A stretch of 64,000 nt of DNA from Callorhinchus milii (taxonomy: Eukaryota). Of this stretch, positions 11,485 through 22,636 are shown one piece after another. The stretch is taken from NCBI RefSeq assembly GCF_018977255.1, contig NW_024704755.1, forward strand, positions 8,866,001 to 8,930,000, in the 5' to 3' direction. A model generated the notes under the pieces. That model was not told the DNA's origin, searched no databases, and was given only the letters and a program-made list of their open reading frames with translations. How positions within the stretch are numbered: the stretch's first letter is position 1; every line of letters starts with the position of its first letter. A program made the position numbers and the translations under genes.

Positions 11485-13316
11485 ACAATTATGCGACAGA
11501 AAGTCACATTATGTGGAACATTTGCCCTCTTGTGACATCATGAATAGAGAATCAATTATTAGCATCACATTGTATTTAAAATTCACCAGTGTTATAAACA
11601 TTCTTAGGCAGAACGGCTGTGTAGCTGAGGAAGAGTTTCAGAGAAAATTTCACAAGAATTTCAGTAAGCATTTATTATTACTATTATTTACGTATCAATT
11701 TCTGTAAAACTAAACCCTGTAGCACTCCACAGTTTTTCAGTGTAGAGTTTAACCAGTGAAAATAACTAAAAAGAAACAAACAAATTTCTTCCATTTTGAA
11801 GAGACTCAATTGAAAATGGAGATCAGACTGGATGTACCATATGACTTGCACATTAGTGCACATCACTGGTCACCCCCAAGTACCTGTGAGCCACAGAAAC
11901 CAAGAGGGAAGAAGAGTTCTTTAGGTCAGAAAGTTATGGGCTTCAGACGCTTGTCGGGCATTGAGCCAATAGTCCAGGTTGACACTCCAATTGCAGCGCT
12001 GGGGAGTGTGGGAGTCGACCTGTTAAGTGTAGGTCATTCATCATAATCTGTCAGACTACACCTGGTAATGACTTATCTTTAGGCATGTTTTGCCATAGGT
12101 AGATGACGCCTTCCCCTATTTGCATGTGGCATGATAAGTATTAGGAAGGGTGTGCTTCCAAATGAGACACAAAGATATCAGACACCATGTCCATCATCTT
12201 CTAGAGATCTCAACAGTTAAGGAGAATGATCACTGGTGAAAAAGGCAGAAAGCATTAGTGGGACAGTCTGTGAAGCAGGGGCTGTGCTTTCTCCCCCACA
12301 CCCCCCAGACCCACCCCAATGATGCTGGGATGTTTGGTTAACGAGGATGTCACAATTGAGCAATTGAGCTGTTGTCTAGTGCCACCTTGACCTTTCCAAT
12401 GACAAGGACAGGTGGTGAAGGAGCTCTTGTGGACATGAACAACACTCAAGCCGACTGGATCAGCAGCAAAAGCGTGCGAATCCTCAGAGTTAGTAACCAG
12501 AGGGAAAAATTCTGGGTATGTAAAATTGACCACAAATCTAACTGTCTCTTGACCAAAAAGATCTTCTTGAATCGTACAAGTAAACTGATGGAGGAGGGAA
12601 ACAAATATTGATCACCCAAAGACACTGTATAAAGGCTTATTGGATCCTTGATACATAGATAGCATCTATCCTATGGTTTTGGCTACAGGTCAGCTGTAAA
12701 AAGATGTAATTTCTCTCATTAATCACTTTCACACAACATCCAGAGCCAATCCACTCCGGACTGTACTCTTAAGAGTTATAAGTTATATAAAATGATCAAA
12801 ATGTGAAATAATTCCAGGTAAATATTTGGAATAATAATATTATTAACTCTGGGTCCTGCTGGTTTCATTTTCATTTTCAGCCCAGATTTCTTTAACTTTG
12901 AACAGTGCAATTGTTTGTTTGTTGGTTTTAAAAACTTACATAGTTGCTTTTCACACAAACTCTGACTTTAGTTCATAATAACATATACTAGTATTCTGTT
13001 TACATTATTCCCTACCTTTAGATACATATTATCTATTCTTCCTGGGTCTTCTTTATCTTCCAGTCTCTTTATTTCCAAAGATCAAAAGAGAAGCCAGTTT
13101 ATGTAGGCACCCATTACTTTTTTTTGATGCATTAACCATTCATCCCTTATGTATGTTTTTCATAAGCAATAGTAAACAGTTAACAAGTGATTTCTTCCTG
13201 GTTCTTGATAAAAAATAAAAATGAAAGCAGCATTAAATAATTATTGATAATATCAACTTACCACATTCTTCCACATACACCATCTACTGTATATTAATTA
13301 TTATTACTGGATTCAA

Positions 13317-13430
13317 ATAATAATAACCCTTGCATTTGATATAGCGCCTTATCAAGTCATTGTGATGTCTCAAAGTGCTTCACAAAATATATTGTAAAGT
13401 GAATTGATTGTATATTTTGTGGGCAAAATA
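13317..13430 (-). mobile_element. 5'-truncated SINE 3' end
   Basis: taataaccc ttgcatttgatatagcgcc...gtaaagtgaattga...gtgggc tail motif. Confidence 0.8.
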
Positions 13431-14398
13431 TCATTGAATATCATACCTATGGCCAACATCTCTGCTGATTATAACTCCTGTCTACTTTATCTATTTTATC
13501 TAATCATTCTAGATAATCATGTCATCTCCATATCTACTAATATGTACGTGCCTTTCAAATATTCCAACTGACTCTCATCTACAGTATTCCAGCGACATTC
13601 CACATTCTCGCAACCCTTTGGGTGATGCAATGTTTTCTGGTCTCATTTCCAGTTTTTAAGACAATGCTTCCTTGTTTTGGATCCCTCCATGGAATGAAGA
13701 GTCATTCCTCATCCAACTTGTCAATTCCCCTCATTATTCTAAACACCAATCAGACGTTTTGGTCTCCATGAACTGCAGATGTCAGGCAGCTGACGTGCTC
13801 TCAGGGGACGTGCCAATGTTGTCATGAGCCAACCAGTAAGAGACAGGCAACAGTGGCCAACGGCCAATTTCCCCTCATTCCCACCCACCCTGATAGTCTC
13901 AAATTAGCATCAAAAAGCATCAGTCTCTGCCATTAAACAGCTCTTCATTATTGGATTTTTAACAAGGCTGATTGTTTTCTTCACTGAGGTGTAGCTGTGT
14001 TGTTATAAGATTTCAGTAGCACGCAATCGTACAGATTTTCTAAACACCCGTCCCAGCCTCCCTTCCCAAGTATAAAAAGGTGGAAGAACATCCCAGCTGT
14101 TTGCCTCTTCCCCTTTCATTGCAAAGGCTTCCATCAGCTTCAGTGAGTAACAAGCTGCCATCTTGACTGTGATCTGAAATGAAATTGCTGCTGTTGGCAT
14201 TTTAATGAGATTCAATTATGTCCAGATGTTGGTGTCAAAAGTAGCAGTTATCACAGCAGCTGTCTGCAGCTTCCACAATGAATACTGATGAATCCCTATG
14301 CACCCAGGAATCACAGAAGATGTAATTTTTCTGTGGTTACCCCTCCTCCCAGTTGCCTTCTCAATGGGATCAAGATTAACTTTGATCCTTAACCGGTC

Positions 14399-14417
14399 TA
14401 TATATATATATATATAT
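14399..14417. repeat. (TA)n microsatellite
   Basis: Read directly from the sequence. Confidence 0.9.
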
Positions 14418-14958
14418 AAAAAAATATGTCTTGGAATAAACTAATAAACAGTCTAATTCCAAACCAAGTCCATATGATATTTTAGTTTTGCAGTCACTTT
14501 TTGTGAACGGCCTGACCACTTCACACTTTGAGAGCTTGATTTGAAGCATTGATTAAATTTATTATTAACCACAAGCACTATCATGAGTTCAGCAATTTCT
14601 TCTTCCAGTGAGCGATGAACATGCTTTAATTCCCATTCAGAGATAAAGATGGTTTTGGTGAATTGCAGGAATGACTTTCTAATGCCTCAATTCTGATTAT
14701 TCTGTTGAGATCATTATAATCTGTCTTCCAAATGCAACTCCCAACGTTCACATGTAGTTGGGAACAATCAAGGATACAGCATATCATCCTCTTCACTCCT
14801 GAAGAACTCCTTCAATAATGCTTCATATTGGTTGAATAAATTCAGTTTTCTTCTGCAAGCATCCTGTCTAGAATGTCCGGCTGTTCCTGTATACGTCAGG
14901 CTTTGAAGTATCTTCCAAATGTTGTTATAAAATTCCACTAAATCCTCTTTGTCCAAAG

Positions 14959-15282
14959 ATAATAATAATAATAATAGTAATCATTGCATTTGATATTGCG
15001 CTTTTCACGTCGGGAGGACGTCCCAAAGCGCTTCGCAGAATATACTGTAAAGTGAATTGACTGTATATTTGTGGGCGAACGCGGCAGCCAATTGCGCACA
15101 GCAATGTCCCACAAACAGTCGTAGATTGAAAATGACCAATTTATTATTGTTTTGGATTTTGGAGGGATTATTATTATGCGTGTGGAGTAAGGAAACTTGC
15201 CCAAGGTTTCGCCCTGCCTGGAAATGAACTCAGGTCTCTCGCTTGCAAAGCGAGTGCTCTAACCACTGAGCTACAGGACTCC
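14959..15282 (-). mobile_element. Young full-length tRNA-derived SINE
   Basis: Near-identical to 11162-11484; possible short target-site duplication aagat(aa). Confidence 0.95.
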
Positions 15283-15376
15283 ACAAGATAACTCGAGGTG
15301 CAAGCTTTTATTAGGTTAACCTACTTGTGATGGTGACAATGGCCAGTAATTCACTTTTTCCTCCCTTTTACTGCAG

Positions 15377-15517
15377 CTCATGAAAACGACACGAACATTA
15401 GAACGAATGAAGCTCTTAAATGAGCAATCCATGAATCTAGAGAAAGAAAAAATTAAACGAAACCTTGAAAGATTACAGGTCATTTCAGCTCAGAATATAT
15501 TCACAAACATGCGAGAG
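15377..15517 (+). CDS. C16orf78: C16orf78-like exon A (coiled-coil-like; ATG at 15380)
   Basis: Strong polypyrimidine tract plus ctgcag acceptor; open frame LMKTTRTLERMKLLNEQSMNLEKEKIKRNLERLQVISAQNIFTNMRE; gtgtgt donor in phase 0, compatible with the next exon. No recognisable homology, so assigned by splice signals and phase only. Confidence 0.65.
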
Positions 15518-15624
15518 GTGTGTTGAATTATGTTATTAAGTGTAAAGTTTAACAATACAATTTTGCTACCATCAAAAAAACTACTCATAATAACATTTGA
15601 TTTTAACACCTTTGAGAAGTCGTT

Positions 15625-15745
15625 GAGATGTCTCAAAGCGCTTCACAGAAGATATTGTAAAGTGGATTGACTATACTTTGTGTGCGAAACATGGCAGCTC
15701 ATTGCGCACAGTTGTATCCCACAAACAGTCGTGGATTGAGATAAA
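15625..15745 (-). mobile_element. SINE internal and 3' fragment
   Basis: tctcaaagcgcttcacagaa...cccacaaacagtcgtggattga matches the SINE body. Confidence 0.8.
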
Positions 15746-16059
15746 TGTATATGTATATATATATACACACACACACAACACCAAGAACAGCAACAGCTTG
15801 CATTTATATAGCGCCCCTCGTGCAGGGTAGAATCCCAGAGCGTTTAAATGGATAAGCACTCTGGGCCGATAATACATATATGTTAAATGTATGCTAATTG
15901 AAAAATCAGACTAGACATTCATCTGTTATATCCAATAGCCAAATGAAACAGAGTGTGAACTGTTAGCTGGCTACACGCTAATAGTGTTTGTCTAGCAGAT
16001 TGCCTTGTTGTCAGAGAGGAATGGCAGTAGTTGTAACAGTGAATATTTTGCTTTTAAAG

Positions 16060-16201
16060 ATGCCAGAAAAAGCTTCTACCACGACTTCTTCAGAAGAATG
16101 CCAGACACCAATTTCAGCATCAGCAGGAAACACAGGAAGCCAGTTTGGTGATCATCTGTCGAAGTTTGCTACTGTTCTTCAGAACCCCACAAAAAAGATT
16201 G
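16060..16201 (+). CDS. C16orf78: C16orf78-like exon B
   Basis: ttttaaag|ATGCCAGAA...AAGATTG|gtacga; 142 nt, phase 0 to 1; encodes MPEKASTTTSSEECQTPISASAGNTGSQFGDHLSKFATVLQNPTKKI. Confidence 0.65.
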
Positions 16202-16409
16202 GTACGACATGGATATCACTAATATTTAGATCGAATGTTATTTCCACTTTCTGTTTCGATTCCGTTTGAAGGAACTTTTGGTAAAGTTGTTGTACCAAGT
16301 CAAAGGCAAGGTTAACAGGTATTACTGCAGCAGACTTTGGGTGTCTTTTCAGTTGAATATTATTTATTACTTTATTAACGCATCATTTAATCTAAATGAA
16401 TTGTTAAAA

Positions 16410-16890
16410 CTCTGCCGCTCGCGCCCTCATTCATCCTGGGCTCCACACCATCATCATCCCAGCGCTTGCCAGGCTCCACTGGCTCCCGCTTGCAGAAGGG
16501 ATCGATTTCAAGATTTTCACTCTCACTTTCAAATCTTTTCATACGCTGACACCTCCCACCCTCTCCCATCTGCTCACACCCCATTCCCCTACCCGCCGTC
16601 TTCGCTCAGCCGGCTCAGGTCTTCTGCATGTACCTCATCCCCTCCGCTCCACAATTAGCGGACGTTCTTCAGCCACCATGCACCAAATCTCTGCAACTCA
16701 TTGCCTCAATCGCCCCATCCTGCCTACTTGCCCGTCTTCAAATTACACCTGAAGACTTTCTTCCACCTGTACCTTCGCTCACCTTACCAACTTGGTGTCA
16801 AGCCCCACTTTGTTAAGCGATCTAAGACACTTAACCGTGTAATGCTATATATATATACATATATATGCAATGTTGTAGTTCTTGTTGTTG
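16410..16890 (+). mobile_element. Degenerate L2 LINE 3' end
   Basis: Encodes an L2 ORF2 C-terminal-like IPALARLHWLP...IDFKIFTLTFKS segment; ends in tail motif plus (TTG)n. Confidence 0.8.
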
Positions 16891-16926
16891 CTGGATATGA
16901 AGATGCGCCTAATCTTTCTTACACAG

Positions 16927-17329
16927 GCCAGACAACTTCAAAACCTTCAATACCGTTTAACAGACGAGAGATGCCATTTAACAGACGAAAGATGCCAATA
17001 AGCACAGTGCCTAGCCAGCGTGAAATTGCCAGTAGCATGCAAAGAAATACAGTTGCATCCAAAACCAGTAGGCAAGGCTCTATTCACTCACGTCCCAGTC
17101 GTACCCCGACTGGAGGCTCAGCCCGTCAGGAAGCAATTACAAGGACGTTTTCTTTGCCAAAGAATTTCTCTGTAAATAAGCATTTTAGTGATCCACGTGA
17201 AGTCATGTTTGGATTCCCTTCCTTTGATAAAAAGCTGAAAGAATTACTTGCTAAAGTCACTATCGAGGATGCTAAACCTCAAGCACCCAGATTTGAAGTA
17301 CTTAAGCCAGAAGAGGCTCTGAGATGCAG
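16927..17329 (+). CDS. C16orf78: C16orf78-like exon C
   Basis: tctttcttacacag|GCCAGACA...TGCAG|gtaatg; 403 nt, phase 1 to 2; S/T/R-rich and ends LKPEEALRC(R). Confidence 0.85.
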
Positions 17330-17879
17330 GTAATGACAACCACGGCAGTGTGTCTTAAAATTCAAAATAAGCTGAAATGGGTTCCAGTGGATGTCAGACT
17401 TTGGAGTATGGGGCTAGAGATAGCTTCAGATTAGTAAACAGCTGAGAAAGTCCTGTTGTCCAGTGTAGAACTCACCTATGAGATACCTGAAAATCATGAT
17501 TGAGTTATGGGAATCAGTTTATCTACATTGCTTCCCACCATTTACACAGACCAGAATAGAATGTTACAGCATAAATACAGCCCATCAATTTGACGTCAGT
17601 GTTTTTCTCCAAATGAACCAATCCACTCTCCAGCTTGCTCTCCACAACCTTTAAGAATCGTTCCAAATCTGTTTTCAAAGAATGCGTAAACTCTAGTTTG
17701 CAGCCGAGAATTCCACATTCTTACCAACCTCCATGTAAAGAATCTTCTTTTTTAACCACCCTTCCCTTTCCTTTTTGTGATTATATTACATTTCTGCTGT
17801 CTAGTTACCTACTCACCAAAACCAGTGGAAAATCTATGACTATTTAATGGTGATGTCACTCGTTTATCTCATAGTTGGG

Positions 17880-17884
<5 letters not shown>

Positions 17885-17912
<28 letters not shown>
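17885..17912. repeat. (TA)n microsatellite
   Basis: Read directly from the sequence. Confidence 0.9.
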
Positions 17913-17916
<4 letters not shown>

Positions 17917-20314
17917 ACTATAAAATGGAGCGATTTCTCAAGGCTCCTCCACCTTTTAAGACAATTCCTGGATCTTGGCGAACCCATCACCAAATTCCTC
18001 TAGACAAGTCGGGAATCGAAAGTGTCGGAAACAGCTCAAACATCCCAATGAGATGGTCAATTTAAGTGTCTCCAACTGCAGAATCCTAGAGGGAGGCTTT
18101 GTTCTATGCAATGAGGCTCTGGAACTGCTACTGGGCAGCAATTGCATAGAACAAAGCTTCCCTATAGAATCTCTAGCTGAGCATGGAAGCAAGGCTATAG
18201 CCTACACAACTTTTCCTTCACAGACCCACTGAAAAGACCAGTAAGAACCCTGCAAGCACCCCAGTGCTTGGAAGCAGGACTGGGCCTTAAAGCCCTCTCT
18301 CTCCAGTATAATGTAGCAGTGAACTCTCAGAGGAGCTTCCTACCAGTGCCTTCAATGCATCGTATGCAAGGGGTTTCACTGGAGGACAAGCTGCTTCCTC
18401 ACGTGGCTTGATAAGATACTTGAGTCCATGTATATTCTTTCCTCCAAGACTCTTTTTTGTTTATTTTCATCTCACCTCCTCTTAGGATCTTGCCATCCCA
18501 AGTGATCTCCTCCCAGGCCTCTGTAACCAACTGATACGATGTGCCTGAATACAGTCCAGGTTGATTTGTTGCAGTTTCCTCCTTAGGGTCAATTCCTGGC
18601 CTCCAAGTTAGCAGTTTTGTATTGAGCCAGCTGAGGTGGAGAGAGCTCACCGCATAGGGAATTACGTATTGCAGTGTGTTGGTGCAGCAGTAGACCAGAG
18701 GGCCGCCCACACGATTCATTTTGAATGGTCGGGTAATTTAGTTTAATCCAGAAAAAAAAACAGGCTATATTTTATACTATGCATTCATATTTCACTATTT
18801 GAAACAAAATGATGCCTTAACCTATCCCTCCACGAACAGAAATAATATTTGCATTTCGGCAAACCTGCGGCCTAGTTTTATTTGGTCTGTTCAGTGCATA
18901 AATGTCGTTGTAAATACTGTGTTAAATTCAGGTCAAATGTGCCAGCAGGGTTACAAAATGTGGCAATCTGGCCAAAGGCATCTGGCAAAAGCCAGTTGTA
19001 CAGCTGCAATCTAATCTCCCTTGTGCCAGGCCTGTTCAGAATAAATGTGAACAACCTTTGCCCTTTTCTGTGCTTACAATGAGCATCAACACTATTTTCA
19101 TCAGAGTAAATATGACCTGGGCTCTTCCAATCGAGGTGCTATTGGCATCTGTCAAGAGTAATCTGGCCTTTACTATTCCACATTAAATGTTTCGGATTTA
19201 GGTTTTAAGTGAAATACGAGAATTTCGAAGCTCTATCTGTTCACATAACCTGGAGTGATTGTCATTATGCCCAGTTTATAATATTCATTTGGGAAAGCAT
19301 CAATGAGAAAATTGCAGTTTCTGCATGCATAACATCAAAAGCAATTTCATCTTTTGGGGGGCGGGGAGACTATACAAGTATCTCTTAGATAAACAAATCA
19401 TTTTTAACTGCAAATAGAAATGTTCAAGACTGACCGATACAGGAGATGCATCAATTCTAGTTATTATAGCAAGGCAGGCATTGAGATAAATATTTATACA
19501 TTTAACTAAAATGCAAATAGAGAGCACAGAACTCCCCCCCACCCCAAAGTGCTTGTGTGGCACACAGTTCTAAATCCAATTTTGGCCTATCTCCCTACTC
19601 CTCCTCCCCTGCTGCCCGCTGCAATCTAACTTGACCCAAAGGGAGCGTTTTGACTTATTTGTTTCCAATCAAAGCTATCCACTCAGCTGCATTCTCTGCC
19701 CAAAATTCTCTAACCTCCAAGCACTCTGCAGCTTCTATCCTTATCTCCCCTCTTTATCTTCATCAGGTCTCATGTACTGCATGAAGCTTACCACCTGCTG
19801 TCTCAATCCATTACCATAACAGCTCCTGAACAGCTCAACCCCTTGAGCAGTGACAGTCAACCTCTTTCCAACATGAAGAACTCTCATCCCCCCATTCAAT
19901 ACAGTCACCATCATTCTCTTTCTTCAAATACCCACTCTTAACCTCTTTGTTTTCTCAAATTCTTGCTCCCATCTGCAGGTTTCCTTCCAAAGATCTTCGA
20001 AAATACTATTGTTATCAGGGACCTTGCTCACTCTTCCCTATTGGAGCGTCTGTAGACCAGATGCCCACAAACAGCCATGAAGTGAATGACCAATTTTACC
20101 TGGGAGATTGTTGGCCAGGCCACTGTGAGGAACTCCCTTTCTTTTCGAAACATCCTACGGTATCTTTAATGGCCACCTGAACAGTCAAACAAGATCTTGC
20201 ATAGGACAACTAGAAGCGAATAAAGCAGCATATTTATATTATTTGCCTTAAACCTGCCCAGCAACTCTCCCTGTATGTTTCTCTGCAGTCTATTAATTAT
20301 GCATTTCTTTCCAG

Positions 20315-20465
20315 ATATTTGAGATTGTCTCAGAGTAACATCTCTACCTTGGTGAAGCAATGTGAAGATTCTGGATTCCAGATGGATCTTCACCCACACA
20401 TGAAAGAGGAAGACGTCAACATAAGCAGGGTTTTTGCCCACTCTCCCAAAACTAACACACTGTAA
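20315..20465 (+). CDS. C16orf78: C16orf78-like terminal exon D
   Basis: tttctttccag|ATATTTGAGA; encodes (R)YLRLSQSNISTLVKQCEDSGFQMDLHPHMKEEDVNISRVFAHSPKTNTL*, with TAA at 20463-20465. Confidence 0.92.
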
Positions 20466-20562
20466 TACCCAATTTGGATGCTTATCAATGTCATATTTTC
20501 TTTATGTGCCTCAGATGTCTCCACTCGCTATCTTCTGAATGTTTTATTATAATGCTTTCTTT

Positions 20563-20568
20563 AATAAA
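20563..20568 (+). terminator. Polyadenylation signal of the C16orf78-like gene
   Basis: AATAAA about 100 nt after the stop codon, followed by T-rich sequence. Confidence 0.65.
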
Positions 20569-20689
20569 ATAGTTTCAGTTCATCTGCACTTTTTTATTTC
20601 CTTCTGACATATCATGAGTAGAGATTAAAATTCTGGTGTGACTGGAGAAATTCAGTCTAATAATTAAATTAAATTACAAACCATATTTT

Positions 20690-20850
20690 TTTTTGATAAG
20701 CAGTCATATATGAGGGAGAGGGTAATAGAGGGATATAAGAGAGGGGAAAAGAGGGATATATGAGAGAAGAATAGAAAGAGTGGAAGCTCATGTTGAGTAT
20801 AAACACTGGCGAGGACTTGTTGGGAAATGGCCTGTTTGCATGTAATTTAA
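20690..20850 (+). mobile_element. CR1-like 3' end remnant
   Basis: gagtataaacactggcgaggacttgttgggaaatggcctgttt tail motif. Confidence 0.55.
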
Positions 20851-21861
20851 GAAGCTTTAATGTTTTTCTTGCTGCAAGCACCAGCAGAATGTGTAGCTAC
20901 AATATTTTTTAAACTCCATATTAAAGAACAGCTGCTATGTATTCATAAATATTTTAATAAAACAATTTAAAGCTTAGGCATCTTTAAGTACTAAGAATAT
21001 ACAAAAACCTAGAACCTATCAACGTTGATCCTAACTTCTAGGTCTCCTTTGCTAAGTCCCACGCTTACTCTCCTTAAACACTTTTCTCAGTCAAATTAGT
21101 TAGGGAAAACTGGAGAGGATAGGAAGTGTTTTGGAAAGAATAATGTTTTGGTCAGACAAATGATGAGTTGCTTGTTTTAAACCACAAGGTTTCAAGTTAA
21201 AAATCCGCAAGAAGTAAAGGATTTTTTTTAGCAGTTTTCAACATTTTTTTTGGGGGGGGGTGGGAATGGCATTTCTTGCTTTAAAAAAAGAGTAAAAGTG
21301 ACCTCCGTCTAACCTCCCTTCCTCTATATAGCAAACTTAAAAAACTGCGGTTTCAAAAAATAGAACAGCGGCCAAGAGAAATAATGGGAGAGCACTGACT
21401 CATGTCACTTTGAATCATGGGAGGTGTCTGCAGTTTCTGTCGCTGGGCACATTCAATGTCTGGGAGAGAAGGGGAAATAAGTTGATTCTCAAGTTATGTT
21501 GTATTAATTTTACCACAACTATTACACACCTGCAATCAGCCTTGATCCTAGTGTTACATAGAGTTAAATGGGGTCTCCCACTAGCAGTCAATAACCATCG
21601 CTGCCACTGTGTGCACGCACTTACCATTCTGCTTTGGGTCTTAAATTTGGGTCTTAAATTTAAATAAAGCTAACTTTGAAGGTATGAGGGAAGAATTAGC
21701 TATTACCGTCCTCCACAAAATCTGTAAGTGCATCACAAGTCGCATTCCAGCCACATCTTCCACAAAACCTAAATCTCTGCTAGATGGACCTATTTTCTCC
21801 CCCTCCAAACATACCTGGACATCTTTACTGAAGAGCTCGACAGTAAAGGTAAACAGCATAG

Positions 21862-21867
21862 TTTATT
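21862..21867 (-). terminator. Candidate polyadenylation signal of the PEDS1-like gene
   Basis: AATAAA on the minus strand about 650 nt after the stop codon; no transcript evidence. Confidence 0.45.
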
Positions 21868-22514
21868 TTTTGGTGATGCTCCAGTTTTTATTAGGTACAT
21901 GGATGCAGATGTAAGGCTATATCAAGAGTGTAAAGGCCTCTCTCACAGGTTTATAAGATAAATGAGTTATCATGTTAAATATACCAATTAGTCTTTGAAT
22001 AGTAGCATCAGTGCTTTGAAACATAAGACAGGAGTAATTCAAATTGTTACAAAACACAAGTAGTGTTTTCCTAACAAATACCCTTATTGGCTCTTCCAGT
22101 CTACTGGGATTACAATCAATGTAACAGTGCTTAAGGCATTCCAGGACACAGTCAGTTTTGCCACAATCCTTCCAAGACTTACCATTAATATTATACCCTG
22201 ATATTTGTCCTCAAATGCTTAAAATGCTAGTGCTTTTGTACGACTGTGTATTGGGTAAAAAATAACATGTGCATTATCAGCAGCTTGTGCATTATAGCAA
22301 AGCATTACTCTTTAAGAGTGGCTCGGAACCACTTTGAGCAGGGCAGCATCTGAACTGCAGCAATGATCTCCAAGTAAAACCAAGTCTTTGAAACTCTGTT
22401 GTAACAACACAGGTTTTGAAATGCTGGTCATAGTTTTGTGAAGTTAATGAGACAATCTTTCCCTTGTAGCTTGGTTTGCTTAGTTGCTGAGCTGTAAGTC
22501 CACTTTAAAGTCTT

Positions 22515-22636
22515 TTATTCTGTCTTGCGTGCCCATTGCATGTCATCAGTCCTTGGCTTGTGTCCGGTTAGGTTTTCTATCAGGTATTCAGTTTTCTGCC
22601 AAAATCCTAACCTAGCCAGCGGGTAATTCAGCCATC
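22515..22636 (-). CDS. PEDS1: PEDS1/TMEM189-like exon 6 (terminal coding exon)
   Basis: ctgcag|GATGGCTG; 122 nt to TAA; encodes (G)WLNYPLARLGFWQKTEYLIENLTGHKPRTDDMQWARKTE*. Confidence 0.96.

Larger units (their letters stand above)
15377..20465 (+). other. C16orf78: C16orf78-like (DUF4638) gene span, four coding exons
   Basis: Phase-compatible exons give about 277 aa from the ATG at 15380. The C-terminus FDKKLKELLAK...LKPEEALRCRYLRLSQSNISTLVKQCEDSGFQMDLHPHMKEEDVNISRVF resembles the recalled human C16orf78 C-terminus (YERKLKSLMEK...LKPEEVLSCRYLRLSKENIRTLLKLCKDAGMNVDIHPHMVEEDIDAKKVF). Confidence 0.85.

Noticed and set aside
11099-11535. Recurrent ORFs such as WDIAVRNWLPRSPTNIQSIHF
   Set aside because: Translations of SINE copies; they recur only because the repeat does.
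11815-11935. Possible first coding exon of the C16orf78-like gene (MEIRLDVPY...)
   Set aside because: The best donor is phase 1 whereas exon A needs phase 0, and there is no homology support.
16701-16926. N-terminal part of the 210-aa ORF
   Set aside because: Lies in L2 and (TA)n intron sequence upstream of a good acceptor at 16926; only 16927-17329 is treated as exon.
1-22514. UBE2V1 downstream of PEDS1, as in human
   Set aside because: No UBE2V1-like peptide recognised by eye; a TBLASTN search would be needed to exclude small exons.
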